This document shows, one piece after another, positions 46,648 to 55,442 of a DNA stretch of 64,000 nucleotides; position 1 is the first letter of the stretch; each line of letters opens with the position of its first letter. Both the position numbers and the translations under genes were made by a program. The DNA lies in NCBI GenBank assembly GCA_964399285.1, contig CAYNQK010000001.1:90-64089 (forward strand), in the 5' to 3' direction. The stretch comes from an uncultured Spirochaetales bacterium. Lineage in GTDB: Bacteria > Spirochaetota > Spirochaetia > Treponematales > JBGSOB01. A model generated the notes under the pieces. The model saw only the letters and a list, made by a program, of their open reading frames with translations, was not told the DNA's origin and did not search any database.

Positions 46648-47400
46648 TCAGGCCAGGAATCCCTCGTCCATGGCGATCACGGAGCCGTTGAAGGAGCCGT
46701 CGAGCGCGAGCTCGAGGGCCTTGGCGGCCACTGATCGCGCGTCCTGAAGCCTCCCTGACGGGGAAAGAGCGGCCCACTCCGCGCGGTCCGTTTCCGAGAG
46801 GTACTCCGTTTCCACGAGGCCGGGGCAGATAGCGACGCAGGAGATCCCCGATCGTCCGTAGCCCTTCGCCACCGATTTCGCGATGACCCCCACGCCCGTC
46901 TTCGCGGCGGCGTAGGCCGTCATCCCGGGAACGCCCCGGACGACGTCGGTCCGGTTGCCGCCGAAGAGGAGGATGCGCCCGAATCCTCGCTCGATCATTC
47001 GGGGAAGGCAGGAGGAGACGATAGCTCCGGGAAGGGCGAGGCAGGACGCCGCGGCCGACGCCCATTCGGCCGGGCTCGTCTCGTGAAGGGGGCTCCTGAC
47101 GAGGGGGCCGAATGCGACGACGAGGATGTCCGCCGGGAGCGCGGGCTCGAGCGCCCGGATGAAGGGCGCGGGATCTCGAGGGTCGATCTCGAAGGGGAGA
47201 GAGAGCGCGCCGAGCGAGGCCGCCCGGGCTTCCGTCTTGGAGGCGGACTTCCCGTGGATGACGAGATCCGCGCCGGCCTCGGCGAGGAAGCGCGACGCCT
47301 CCCAGCCGATGCCGCCCGTTCCTCCGACCACGAGCGCGCGGCGCGATGCGACGACGGAGCGCGCGGATACGGGCGAATATTGCGGGCTCGAATCGCTCAT
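46648..47400 (-). CDS. short-chain dehydrogenase/reductase
   Basis: ALVVGGTGGIGWE Rossmann motif, YAAAK catalytic motif and a PG motif. Start at ATG 47400. The ORF-track upstream extension overlaps the divergent gene. Confidence 0.85.
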   Translation of the reverse strand: MSDSSPQYSPVSARSVVASRRALVVGGTGGIGWEASRFLAEAGADLVIHGKSASKTEARAASLGALSLPFEIDPRDPAPFIRALEPALPADILVVAFGPLVRSPLHETSPAEWASAAASCLALPGAIVSSCLPRMIERGFGRILLFGGNRTDVVRGVPGMTAYAAAKTGVGVIAKSVAKGYGRSGISCVAICPGLVETEYLSETDRAEWAALSPSGRLQDARSVAAKALELALDGSFNGSVIAMDEGFLA

Positions 47401-47421
47401 GCTAGGATCATCATCGGTTTT

Positions 47422-48150
47422 ATGGAAGAATTCAACCGATTCCTGATAATCCTCGCGAGGCCCTCGGAAAGCGGCAACGTGGGAGCGGCCTGCCGCGCGA
47501 TGAAGACGATGGGGTTCTCCCGCCTCGCCATCGTCGCCCCCGAAAGGGAACTGGATCCGCGCGACGTGGGCATGATGGCCGTCCACGCCATGGACGTATA
47601 CGAGGGCGCGACGTTCCACGACACGCTCCTCGATGCCGTCTCCGGCTCGTCGCTCGTGGTCGCCATGACGAGGCGGAGGGGCCGCAAGCGCAAGGCCTTT
47701 TCCGTTCCGATCCAGGAATTCTCAGCGGACGCCTGGAAGCGGCCGGGGCCGATCGCGCTCGTGTTCGGGAACGAGCGGACGGGCCTCTCCGGGGACGAGG
47801 TCGACCTCTGCCACATGGCCGCGCATATTCCCGCGTCGGATGAATTCCCTTCCCTTAATCTCGCGCAGGCGGTGATGGTAGCCTGCTGGGAGCTCGCGCG
47901 AACGAGGCCCGGGCTCCTCGCGGGGGGGCCGGTACCGGCCCTCGCCGCCGACCTCGAGCTCGCGTCCGAGGACGCGGTCGCCTGCCTGGAGCGGATGGGC
48001 TTCTTTCGCTTGGCCGGGAGGGAGGACATGAGGCGCTTCCTCCGCGATCTCCTCGGACGGGCCGCCCTCTGCCCCTCCGAGGTCTCCGTCTTCTCTTCGA
48101 TATTCAGGAAGTGCGAGGGCCTCTGGAAGGCGGCGGGCGGCGCGCCTTGA
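47422..48150 (+). CDS. TrmJ-like SpoU-family tRNA/rRNA methyltransferase
   Basis: ILARPSESGNVGAACRAMKTMGF, LVFGNERTGLS and SLNLAQAVMV. ATG 47422. Confidence 0.8.
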   Translation: MEEFNRFLIILARPSESGNVGAACRAMKTMGFSRLAIVAPERELDPRDVGMMAVHAMDVYEGATFHDTLLDAVSGSSLVVAMTRRRGRKRKAFSVPIQEFSADAWKRPGPIALVFGNERTGLSGDEVDLCHMAAHIPASDEFPSLNLAQAVMVACWELARTRPGLLAGGPVPALAADLELASEDAVACLERMGFFRLAGREDMRRFLRDLLGRAALCPSEVSVFSSIFRKCEGLWKAAGGAP

Positions 48151-48193
48151 CCCGGAGGTGGGTCGGGTATAGGCTTTCCCGCAGGAGGAAGCC

Positions 48194-48682
48194 ATGATGA
48201 AAGCCCGCCCAGCGGTTCGCGCTTCCATAGCGGCGTTCGCGCTGATCCTATGCGCTCGGGTCGTCGCGGCGCCTCCGTCTCAGGCGCTCGATTCCGTACT
48301 GGATCCCTCCATCGGGCTCAAGGAGCTCTCCGACGCCGTGGCGCGGGGCAAGGCCGTCCCGGGCGACCGGTTCTTCCTCCTGACGGGCAGGATCGGCGTC
48401 GTCGTCGATAGGACCGGCGAGGCCGAGGGAGCCGAGTACCAAGGCGAGAGCGAGCTCGTCGGAGGAGAATGGATCGGCCTCGAATCCGTACGGTCCTTCA
48501 GGGCCTACCTCCGTTTCACGGGAAAGCGGTTCGCCGGCATCGGCGACGAGGATTCCGCCGATTGGATCGAGCGGGGAACGCTCGTCGTCGTGATCGGGTC
48601 TTTCGCGGGGACGGTCAAGGAGTACGGCAGCGATCGCCAGGTGGCCCTCATCGACGTGAGGCGCGTCATCCCCGTGGAATGA
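48194..48682 (+). CDS. secreted hypothetical protein
   Basis: Signal peptide MMKARPAVRASIAAFALILCARVVA-AP. SD AGGAGGA. Confidence 0.5.
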   Translation: MMKARPAVRASIAAFALILCARVVAAPPSQALDSVLDPSIGLKELSDAVARGKAVPGDRFFLLTGRIGVVVDRTGEAEGAEYQGESELVGGEWIGLESVRSFRAYLRFTGKRFAGIGDEDSADWIERGTLVVVIGSFAGTVKEYGSDRQVALIDVRRVIPVE

Positions 48683-48716
48683 AAAAAGGCGCCCTCGCGG
48701 GCGCCTTCCGTTTTTC
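48682..48716. terminator. bidirectional terminator
   Basis: AAAAAA GGCGCCC tcgc GGGCGCC TTCCGTTTTT, between convergent genes. Confidence 0.75.
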
Positions 48717-48729
48717 TCGATAACGCCTA

Positions 48730-49434
48730 TCAGGACTCGGCGATGAGGAGGGTCTTGGCGTCGAGCTTGAGGGAGAGGTCCTCCGGCTTGATCCTGCCGT
48801 GGTCCTTCGAGACCCTGAGGTGGATGAAGTCCGGCTTGGGCTCGAGCACGATGACCACCGAGATGAGGTCGATGTAGTTCTTGAGGACCAGGGGGATGTC
48901 GTTCTCGTCGAAGAGCCTTCCCTCGCCGCTCACCGTGCATGAGTACCAGACCTCGAGATCCATTTCCTTGGCGAAGGCCTTCACGCCCTCGATGGTGGAG
49001 CGGTCCGCGCGCGCGAAGTCGAAGCCGTCGACGATGAGGGCCTCGGCCTTGAAGCCGCCGTCCACGATCATGGCCTTGAGGCTCTTGAGCACCTGCTCCT
49101 TGCCGACGGTCTCCTGGTTGAAGTTCATGAGGACGCGGTTCCGGGAAACCTCCTCGTGGATGTCCATGACGTCGTCCAGGCCCTTCTTCTTAGCGATCTC
49201 GGCGAAGATGTCCTCGTACCAGGAGATCACGTAGCTCGTGTGGGACACGAAGGAAACGTGGATGACCTTCTTTCCCTGGAAGAGCTTGTCCAGCGCGATC
49301 TGCACGAGGACGCTCGTCTTGCCGATGCCCTTCTGCGACGCGATGATCCCGACGTTGCCCTTCTGGAGGCCTCCCTCGATGGATTTCTCGAGGATCCTCA
49401 CGGGGCTCTTCTGTATCAATTCGGACTTGACCAT
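48730..49434 (-). CDS. KaiC/RecA-superfamily single-domain ATPase-like protein
   Basis: GGLQKGNVGIIASQKGIGKTSVLVQIA is a P-loop-like segment. ALIVDGFD is Walker-B-like. SD GAGGAG upstream of ATG 49434. Confidence 0.6.
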   Translation of the reverse strand: MVKSELIQKSPVRILEKSIEGGLQKGNVGIIASQKGIGKTSVLVQIALDKLFQGKKVIHVSFVSHTSYVISWYEDIFAEIAKKKGLDDVMDIHEEVSRNRVLMNFNQETVGKEQVLKSLKAMIVDGGFKAEALIVDGFDFARADRSTIEGVKAFAKEMDLEVWYSCTVSGEGRLFDENDIPLVLKNYIDLISVVIVLEPKPDFIHLRVSKDHGRIKPEDLSLKLDAKTLLIAES

Positions 49435-49540
49435 GCTACTCCTCTTCAGGGCGCCGTATGCTTGAATGATAACCCCGCTCCGGCGGGGAAGCAAGTTGCG
49501 CGATCCGCCCGCCGGGCGCCAAACGGCGGGCGCGCGAGCC

Positions 49541-51631
49541 TTATTTCTGGGCGTCCTTCTTGCGCTTCTCCTCGTACTTCTTGCGGAGGTCGTCCGAGAC
49601 GCTCGTGGGGACCTTGCCGTACTTGAGGAATTCCATGGTGAACTCGGCCTTGCCCTGGGACATGGACCGGAGGACCGTGGAGTAGCCGAACATCTCCGAG
49701 AGCGGGACCTCGGCCTCCACGCGGGAGAAGTTCCCGTCCTCGGTGCTGGCGGTGATGATGCCGCGGCGCTGGTTGATGGAACCGAAGATATTGCCCTGGA
49801 ACTCCGTGGGGCCCTCCACCTCGACCTTCATGATGGGCTCGAGGATGACCGGCTTGGCCTTGTCGTAGGCCTCGCGGAAGGCGCCGATGGCGGCGAGCTG
49901 GAAGGCGATGTCCGAGGAGTCCACCGCGTGGGACTGACCGTCGTTGACCACGCAGCGCACGTTGACGATGGGGAAGCCGATGAGCGAACCCTTGGACAGC
50001 GAGGCCTTGAAGCCCTTGTCGCAGGAGGGGATGAACTCGCTGGGGATCGCCCCGCCCTTCACCATGTTGACGAACTCGTAGTTCTTATCCTCGCAGGGCT
50101 CCATGTAGCCCGCGACGCGGCCGTACTGGCCGGAGCCGCCCGTCTGCTTCTTGTGCGTGTAGTTGAAGTCGGAGCGCTGGGTGATGGCCTCGCGGTACGC
50201 GACCTGGGGCATGCCCGTCTCGACCTCGCACTTGTACTCGCGCTTCATCCGCTCCACGTAGACCTCGAGGTGGAGCTCGCCCATGCCCTGGATGATGGTC
50301 TGCTGGGACTCGGGATCCACGAAGGTCCTGAAGGTCGGATCCTCCTTGGTGAAGCGGTTAAGGGCCTTGGCCATCTGGTCCGAGGCCTTGGAATCCTTGG
50401 GGTTGATGGCGAGCGAGATGACCGGCTCGGGGACGTACATGGACGTCATCGCGTAGTTGAGGCTCTCGTCGCAGAAGGTGTCGCCCGAGGCGCACTCGAT
50501 GCCGAAGAGGGCCACGATGTCGCCGCAGGTGCCTTCGGTGATGTCTTCCATGTTGTCCGAGTGCATGCGGACGAGGCGGCCGACCTTGAAGCGCCTGCGG
50601 GCGCGGCTGTTGTAGAGCTCGGAGCCCTTCTTGATCATGCCCTGGTAAATGCGCACGTAGGTGAGCTGGCCGTACTGCCCGTCGTCCAGCTTGAACGCGA
50701 GGGCGACGGTGGGCTTGGCGTCCACGGACTCGAGGATGACCTCGGCCTCGTTCTTGTCGAGGTCGAGGGCGCGGTTCGTGACCTCGGTGGGATCGGGAAG
50801 GTAGCGGACCACGCCGTCCAGGAGGAGCTGGACGCCCTTGTTCTTATAGGCGGAGCCGACGAAGACGGGGACGATCTTCTCCGCGATGCAGCCCTTGCGC
50901 ATGGCCGAGATCACCATCTCGGGGGTGGCGTTGCCCTCGAGGACGGCTTCCATGAGATGGTCGTCGAACATGGACGCGGCCTCGTAGAGCTCGTCGCGGT
51001 ACTTTTCCGCGTCGGCCTTGAGGTTGACCGGTATCTCCGCGAAGCGGATGTCGTCGCCGCCGTCGCCGTCGAAGTAGACGGCCTTCATCTCGAGGAGATC
51101 GATGATGCCCTCGAGCTTCTCCTCGAGACCGATGGGGAGGGTCATGAAGACCGGGTTGAGGCCGAGCTTCTCAGCGAGCTGGCTCTTCACCTTGAAGGGG
51201 TTGGCGCCGGTGCGGTCGCACTTGTTGATGAAGGCGACGCGCGGTACGTGGTAGCGCTTGAGCTGGCGGTCCACCGTGATGGACTGCGACTGGACGCCGC
51301 CCACCGCGCAGAGCACGAGGATGGCGCCGTCGAGGACGCGGAGCGAGCGCTCCACCTCAACGGTGAAAACCACGTGTCCGGGGGTGTCGATCAGGTTGAT
51401 CGTGGTGTCCTTCCACGTGACGTTGGTGGCCGCGGACTGGATGGTGATCCCGCGCTCGCGCTCGAGCTCCATGTTGTCCATGGTGGCGCCGACGCCGTCC
51501 TTGCCGCGGACTTCGTGGATCGCGTGGATCTTCTTGCAGTAGTAGAGGATGCGCTCGGACAAAGTCGTTTTGCCCGAATCGATATGGGCGCTGATGCCGA
51601 TATTCCGCATCTTGTGGATATCGATGGCCAT
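49541..51631 (-). CDS. fusA: elongation factor G (mitochondrial-EF-G1-like paralogue)
   Basis: [49 protein letters not shown] and NKCD. Stand-alone, not in an rpsL-rpsG-fusA operon within this window. Confidence 0.95.
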   Translation of the reverse strand: MAIDIHKMRNIGISAHIDSGKTTLSERILYYCKKIHAIHEVRGKDGVGATMDNMELERERGITIQSAATNVTWKDTTINLIDTPGHVVFTVEVERSLRVLDGAILVLCAVGGVQSQSITVDRQLKRYHVPRVAFINKCDRTGANPFKVKSQLAEKLGLNPVFMTLPIGLEEKLEGIIDLLEMKAVYFDGDGGDDIRFAEIPVNLKADAEKYRDELYEAASMFDDHLMEAVLEGNATPEMVISAMRKGCIAEKIVPVFVGSAYKNKGVQLLLDGVVRYLPDPTEVTNRALDLDKNEAEVILESVDAKPTVALAFKLDDGQYGQLTYVRIYQGMIKKGSELYNSRARRRFKVGRLVRMHSDNMEDITEGTCGDIVALFGIECASGDTFCDESLNYAMTSMYVPEPVISLAINPKDSKASDQMAKALNRFTKEDPTFRTFVDPESQQTIIQGMGELHLEVYVERMKREYKCEVETGMPQVAYREAITQRSDFNYTHKKQTGGSGQYGRVAGYMEPCEDKNYEFVNMVKGGAIPSEFIPSCDKGFKASLSKGSLIGFPIVNVRCVVNDGQSHAVDSSDIAFQLAAIGAFREAYDKAKPVILEPIMKVEVEGPTEFQGNIFGSINQRRGIITASTEDGNFSRVEAEVPLSEMFGYSTVLRSMSQGKAEFTMEFLKYGKVPTSVSDDLRKKYEEKRKKDAQK

Positions 51632-51869
51632 GGTTCGTTCTACCTCTCGGTCCTAGGATGAGGCGCTCTCGTGTACAATGTTTCGTGCAAGGCGCCTGCC
51701 GTTGCCGCGGCGTTCAGGTCCCGAGAAGGACGTACGTCCTCGAAGGACCGGCAATATCATCAAGCGGGTTTCCCGCGCGTTACCGTTTTCCTGCAAACTT
51801 TGCGATATGCCGATAGCGAACGGAGTATAGGGATATATAGTGTAAGTTTCAAGGGGCCGGCCCTGTGGT

Positions 51870-52568
51870 ATGATGCGCTGGGATATGGAAAAGCTCTGCT
51901 TCTTGGGCTGTCTGGACGCTCCGTCCACGACGGTGGATGCACTCATCATCAAGAGCGCGATCCTCGCCTTCCAGCCCGGTCTCCTGCTCTTCGCCGATTC
52001 CACGGAAGAGAATTATCCATGGGGTGAAGCCCTTCTTGGTCTTACCATGCCGATCCTCAATATCGATCTCAGCGGTGAAAATGAACGCCTAAAACGGCTC
52101 GGTTTCTTGGCTGAGGAAGCCCAAGCCCTCGACCGGCTCGCTCGCCTCGGCGCACGAGGCCTGCTTCCCGATTCCGCTTCACGGGCGCTTGAGGAAATCG
52201 CGGAACTCAGGGCGGTATACCGCGATATTTTCGATGCGACGCTCAAACAGCAGAATGAGCGGCATATCCGCGAACGAGTCCTCTCCGCGGAACGTCGGGT
52301 GCGGGGCATTCTCATCCAGACCCTCGAAGGCCTCCCCGGCGGCGCGGAACGGTGCCGGAAGCTGGCGGAAATCCAAAGCGCCTCGGACGAACGAAGGCGG
52401 TCCCTCCTCCGGCGTTGCGGCGAGGCGCTCTCCCGGAACGGCGGGAGCGACGGGAGGGGCATCCTTGTCATGGCGAGCATTCCGGATGCCGCGACGCTGA
52501 GAGAGGCGGCGTCGCGGGGCCGCCTCCCCGGGGCGGAGCGATTCGCCCTCGCCGAATTCTGGGAGTGA
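51870..52568 (+). CDS. hypothetical protein
   Basis: ORF with coding-like GC3. The start is uncertain (51870, 51873 or 51885) because TGgTATGAT at 51864-51872 overlaps the first ATG. No family recognised. Confidence 0.4.
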   Translation: MMRWDMEKLCFLGCLDAPSTTVDALIIKSAILAFQPGLLLFADSTEENYPWGEALLGLTMPILNIDLSGENERLKRLGFLAEEAQALDRLARLGARGLLPDSASRALEEIAELRAVYRDIFDATLKQQNERHIRERVLSAERRVRGILIQTLEGLPGGAERCRKLAEIQSASDERRRSLLRRCGEALSRNGGSDGRGILVMASIPDAATLREAASRGRLPGAERFALAEFWE

Positions 52569-52625
52569 CGCGGACCGCGTCGCCGCCCTTGAAGCGTCGG
52601 CCGGATTCCGCGCAATAATATCGAT

Positions 52626-54032
52626 ATGGCTAAACGCGCCGCGACCGTAGAATACGTCTGCTCCTCCTGCGGGAGGAGGGAGCCCAAGTGGCTCGGGCGC
52701 TGTCCCGAGTGCGGCGAGTGGAACAGCTTCCGCGAGGCCCCCGCGCGGGATATCCGGCCGGGAGCTGCGGCGGAGGCCGAGGCGAAGCCCCTGCCCCTCC
52801 ACGCCGTGAGCGCCGACGAGGGCGCGAGGATATCGTCCGGGCTCGGTGAGCTCGACAGGATCCTCGGCGGCGGCGTCATGAAGGGCTCGGTCGTCCTCGT
52901 GGGCGGAGAGCCGGGAATCGGGAAATCCACTCTCATGCTCCAGCTCCTTGCGAACGCCGATACCAAGGGCCGCCTCCTCTACGTCTCGGGCGAGGAGTCC
53001 GCGGGGCAGGTGAAGATGCGCGCCGACAGGCTCAAGGTGCGGCGAGAGGGGCTCGAGTTGCTTTGCTCCTCGTCGCTGAGCCGCGTCATGGAGGCGATGG
53101 ACGAGCTCAAGCCCGTGATCATCGTGGTGGATTCCATCCAGACCCTGCATTCCCCCGAGGCCGGCCAGGTCCCCGGGACGGTGAACCAGATGAAGTATTG
53201 CGGCGCCGAACTGGCCGATTGGGCGAAGGCGCGCGGGGCTTCCGTTTTCCTCGTCGCGCACGTCACCAAGGAAGGGGTCATCGCCGGCCCCAAGGCCCTC
53301 GAGCACCTCGTGGACGCGGTCCTCTATTTCGAGCAAGCCGACTCCGACCTCCGTTTCCTCCGCTCCGCCAAGAACCGTTTCGGCGGCACCGACGAGCTGG
53401 GGCTCTTCAGGATGGGAGAGGCGGGGCTCGCGGAGGTGAAGGATCCGTCGGAGCTGTTCATCGTGAAACGGGACGGTTCTCCTCCGAGCGGAACCTGCGT
53501 GTCCCCGATTTACGAGGGCTCGAGGCCCCTCCTCGTGGAGATCCAGGCCCTCACCGTCGCTTCCAAGACGGGTCTCTCCCGGGTGTATTCGGACAAGGTG
53601 GATTCCCAGCGGGTGGCGCGGGTCGCGGCGGTCCTCGAGAAGCAGACCGGCCTCCGTTTCTCCGATCAGGACGTCTACGTGAACGTGGCCGGCGGCATCA
53701 GGACGGGGGAGGTGGGGGTCGAGCTGGCCCTGGCCTGCGCCCTGTATTCCGCGCGGACCGGAGCTCAGGTCCCGGGCGGCTGGGCCGTGGCCGGTGAACT
53801 CAGCCTCGCGGGCGAAGTCCGGCCTGTGCGGCACATGAAGAAACGCGCGAAGGCGGCGAAGGCCTCCGGCTACGCGCACGTTCTGGGGCCAGCCGGGGAT
53901 CGGGACGAGGGCGCGAGGGGCGAGGACTGGATCGGGACCGTTTCGTTGAAGGACGCGCTCTCGCGGGTATTCGGATTCAAGGCCAAATCCGGGGGCCGGT
54001 CGGAACCGGATATCGCTTCCGACTCGGAATGA
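52626..54032 (+). CDS. radA: DNA repair protein RadA/Sms
   Basis: Zinc finger CSSCGRREPKWLGRCPECGEW, Walker A GGEPGIGKSTL, KNRFG motif and a Lon-like C-terminal domain. Confidence 0.95.
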   Translation: MAKRAATVEYVCSSCGRREPKWLGRCPECGEWNSFREAPARDIRPGAAAEAEAKPLPLHAVSADEGARISSGLGELDRILGGGVMKGSVVLVGGEPGIGKSTLMLQLLANADTKGRLLYVSGEESAGQVKMRADRLKVRREGLELLCSSSLSRVMEAMDELKPVIIVVDSIQTLHSPEAGQVPGTVNQMKYCGAELADWAKARGASVFLVAHVTKEGVIAGPKALEHLVDAVLYFEQADSDLRFLRSAKNRFGGTDELGLFRMGEAGLAEVKDPSELFIVKRDGSPPSGTCVSPIYEGSRPLLVEIQALTVASKTGLSRVYSDKVDSQRVARVAAVLEKQTGLRFSDQDVYVNVAGGIRTGEVGVELALACALYSARTGAQVPGGWAVAGELSLAGEVRPVRHMKKRAKAAKASGYAHVLGPAGDRDEGARGEDWIGTVSLKDALSRVFGFKAKSGGRSEPDIASDSE

Positions 54033-54136
54033 GACGGTTGATCGAGATTAATTATTCTTGAAGAACTATTCATTCATTTTTTACTCAAATCTCCAATATC
54101 TCCATAAGCGAAAAACCTGCAAATTTTTTTCTTGCT

Positions 54137-54165
54137 TTGACAAGTCAAGGAAGCTGTACTAAAAA
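54137..54165 (+). promoter_or_regulatory. sigma70-like promoter of the membrane-protein / repeat-protein cassette
   Basis: TTGACA 54137-54142, 17 nt, TAAAAA 54160-54165, in an AT-rich spacer. Confidence 0.45.
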
Positions 54166-54204
54166 TTGAATACCGTCCGCGACGCGCTGGTATCAGGAGG
54201 AGGG

Positions 54205-54561
54205 ATGAGGAAAATCCGAGAAGGGGCGAACGAGGCGGTACCCTTCCTCGATTTCCTCATCATCAACGTTCCCGTATTGCTGTTCATCGCGGGAATATTC
54301 CTCTCCCTATCGTTGTTCCTCGCGCTCAAGCCGGAGTTCCCCCTTATGCTGGCCTTCCTCGTGCCGGCATGGTGGTGCGTCTGCGGAGCCGTCGCGCTGA
54401 GCGCGGACTACCGGTTCCGCAAGCGGGACATTTACCTGCGCTTGCGCAGGACGGGGGCGCCCGAGAAGGGCTCGGCCCTCGGCAAGTCGCTTAGGCGGAC
54501 GGTCTGCGGCGCCATGGTCCTGGCGGCCGCGTCCCGGCATCCGTGCGTAATCCGGACCTAG
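54205..54561 (+). CDS. small membrane protein (hypothetical)
   Basis: ATG 54205 directly follows GGAGGAGGG. Two to three TM segments and a basic C-terminus. ORF-track TTG 54166 abuts the -10 element. Confidence 0.5.
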   Translation: MRKIREGANEAVPFLDFLIINVPVLLFIAGIFLSLSLFLALKPEFPLMLAFLVPAWWCVCGAVALSADYRFRKRDIYLRLRRTGAPEKGSALGKSLRRTVCGAMVLAAASRHPCVIRT

Positions 54562-54595
54562 TCCGGTTAATCGGCCTGAAAGAGAGAGGTAGGGT

Positions 54596-55354
54596 ATGAA
54601 GCGTCAGTTCAAATTCGAGGGACAGGGAGGGGAGATGTGGAGTCTCTTCTTCGTCCAAGGTCTCCTCACCTGCATCACCTTCGGCATCTACGGTCCCTGG
54701 GCGATGGCCAAGATCTACGCCTATTTCGCCGACAAGACGTCCCTCGACGGCAAGAAGTTCGCCTTCTCCGGCCAGGGCGGCGAGATGTTGAGCCTCTTCG
54801 TCGTGCAGGGCCTCCTCACCTGCATCACCGACGGCATCTACTACCCCTGGGCGATGGCGAAGATCCTTTCCTACATGGCGTCCAAGACCACCTATGACGG
54901 GAAGCCCTTCGCGTTCGAGGGCCAGGGCGGCGAGATGTTCAGCCTCTTCCTGATCCAGGGCCTCCTCACCTGCGTCACCTTCGGCATCTACTACACCTGG
55001 GCCATGGCCAAGATCTACGCCTACCTCTATTCGAAGACTTCCTGCGACGGCAAGTATTTCGCGTTCGAGGGCCAGGGCGGCGAGATGTTCAGCCTCTACC
55101 TTGTGCAGGGCCTCCTCACCGCCATCACCTGTTACATCTACGCGCCTTGGGCCACCGCCAAGATCGCGTCCTACATGGCTTCCAAGACCAAGTGGGGCCA
55201 GGACGCCTTCGCGTGCGAGATGGAGGGCGGAAAGCTCTTCAGCATCATGCTCAAGGGCGTGCTGCTCCCCATGGTCACCTGCGGCATCTACTACCCCTGG
55301 TACATGGCTGAAGTTACCAGCTATCAGGCTGATTGCTCCTCGGTCGGCGCGTAA
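54596..55354 (+). CDS. membrane protein built of five tandem DUF898(YjgN)-like units
   Basis: Five repeats of [F-x-F-E-G-Q-GGEM-x-SLF-x-VQGLLTCIT-x-GIY-x-PWAMAKI-x-(S/A)Y]. The GIYxPWA motif is characteristic of DUF898. Confidence 0.7.
   Translation: MKRQFKFEGQGGEMWSLFFVQGLLTCITFGIYGPWAMAKIYAYFADKTSLDGKKFAFSGQGGEMLSLFVVQGLLTCITDGIYYPWAMAKILSYMASKTTYDGKPFAFEGQGGEMFSLFLIQGLLTCVTFGIYYTWAMAKIYAYLYSKTSCDGKYFAFEGQGGEMFSLYLVQGLLTAITCYIYAPWATAKIASYMASKTKWGQDAFACEMEGGKLFSIMLKGVLLPMVTCGIYYPWYMAEVTSYQADCSSVGA
54608..55354 (+). repeat. 150-bp in-frame tandem repeat, 5 copies (units start 54608, 54758, 54908, 55058, 55208)
   Basis: A 40-nt identical block, ttcgcgttcgagggccagggcggcgagatgttcagcctct, occurs at 54908 and 55058. 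The last copy is the most diverged. Confidence 0.85.
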
Positions 55355-55374
55355 GCGGCGAAGAAGCGATAAAA

Positions 55375-55403
55375 GGGGGCCGCGGAAGCGGCCCTCTTTT
55401 TTT
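55375..55403 (+). terminator. rho-independent terminator
   Basis: GGGCCGC GGAA GCGGCCC followed by TCTTTTTTT. Confidence 0.85.
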
Positions 55404-55442
55404 GTCCTGATGATCGCGATTTCGAAGGGAAGGCTTTTCCGT

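Noticed and set aside
49466-51661. 731-aa plus-strand ORF antisense to fusA. Similar long antisense ORFs occur at 22043-23872 (opposite gyrB), 3947-5371 (opposite ahcY), 52179-53879 (opposite radA), 28401-29732 (opposite glgA) and 8646-9758.
   Set aside because: Their translations are low-complexity and rich in Gly, Arg, Asp, Glu, Leu and Val, with no recognisable motifs. They mirror highly conserved genes on the other strand. Stop-free antisense frames are expected at high GC3.
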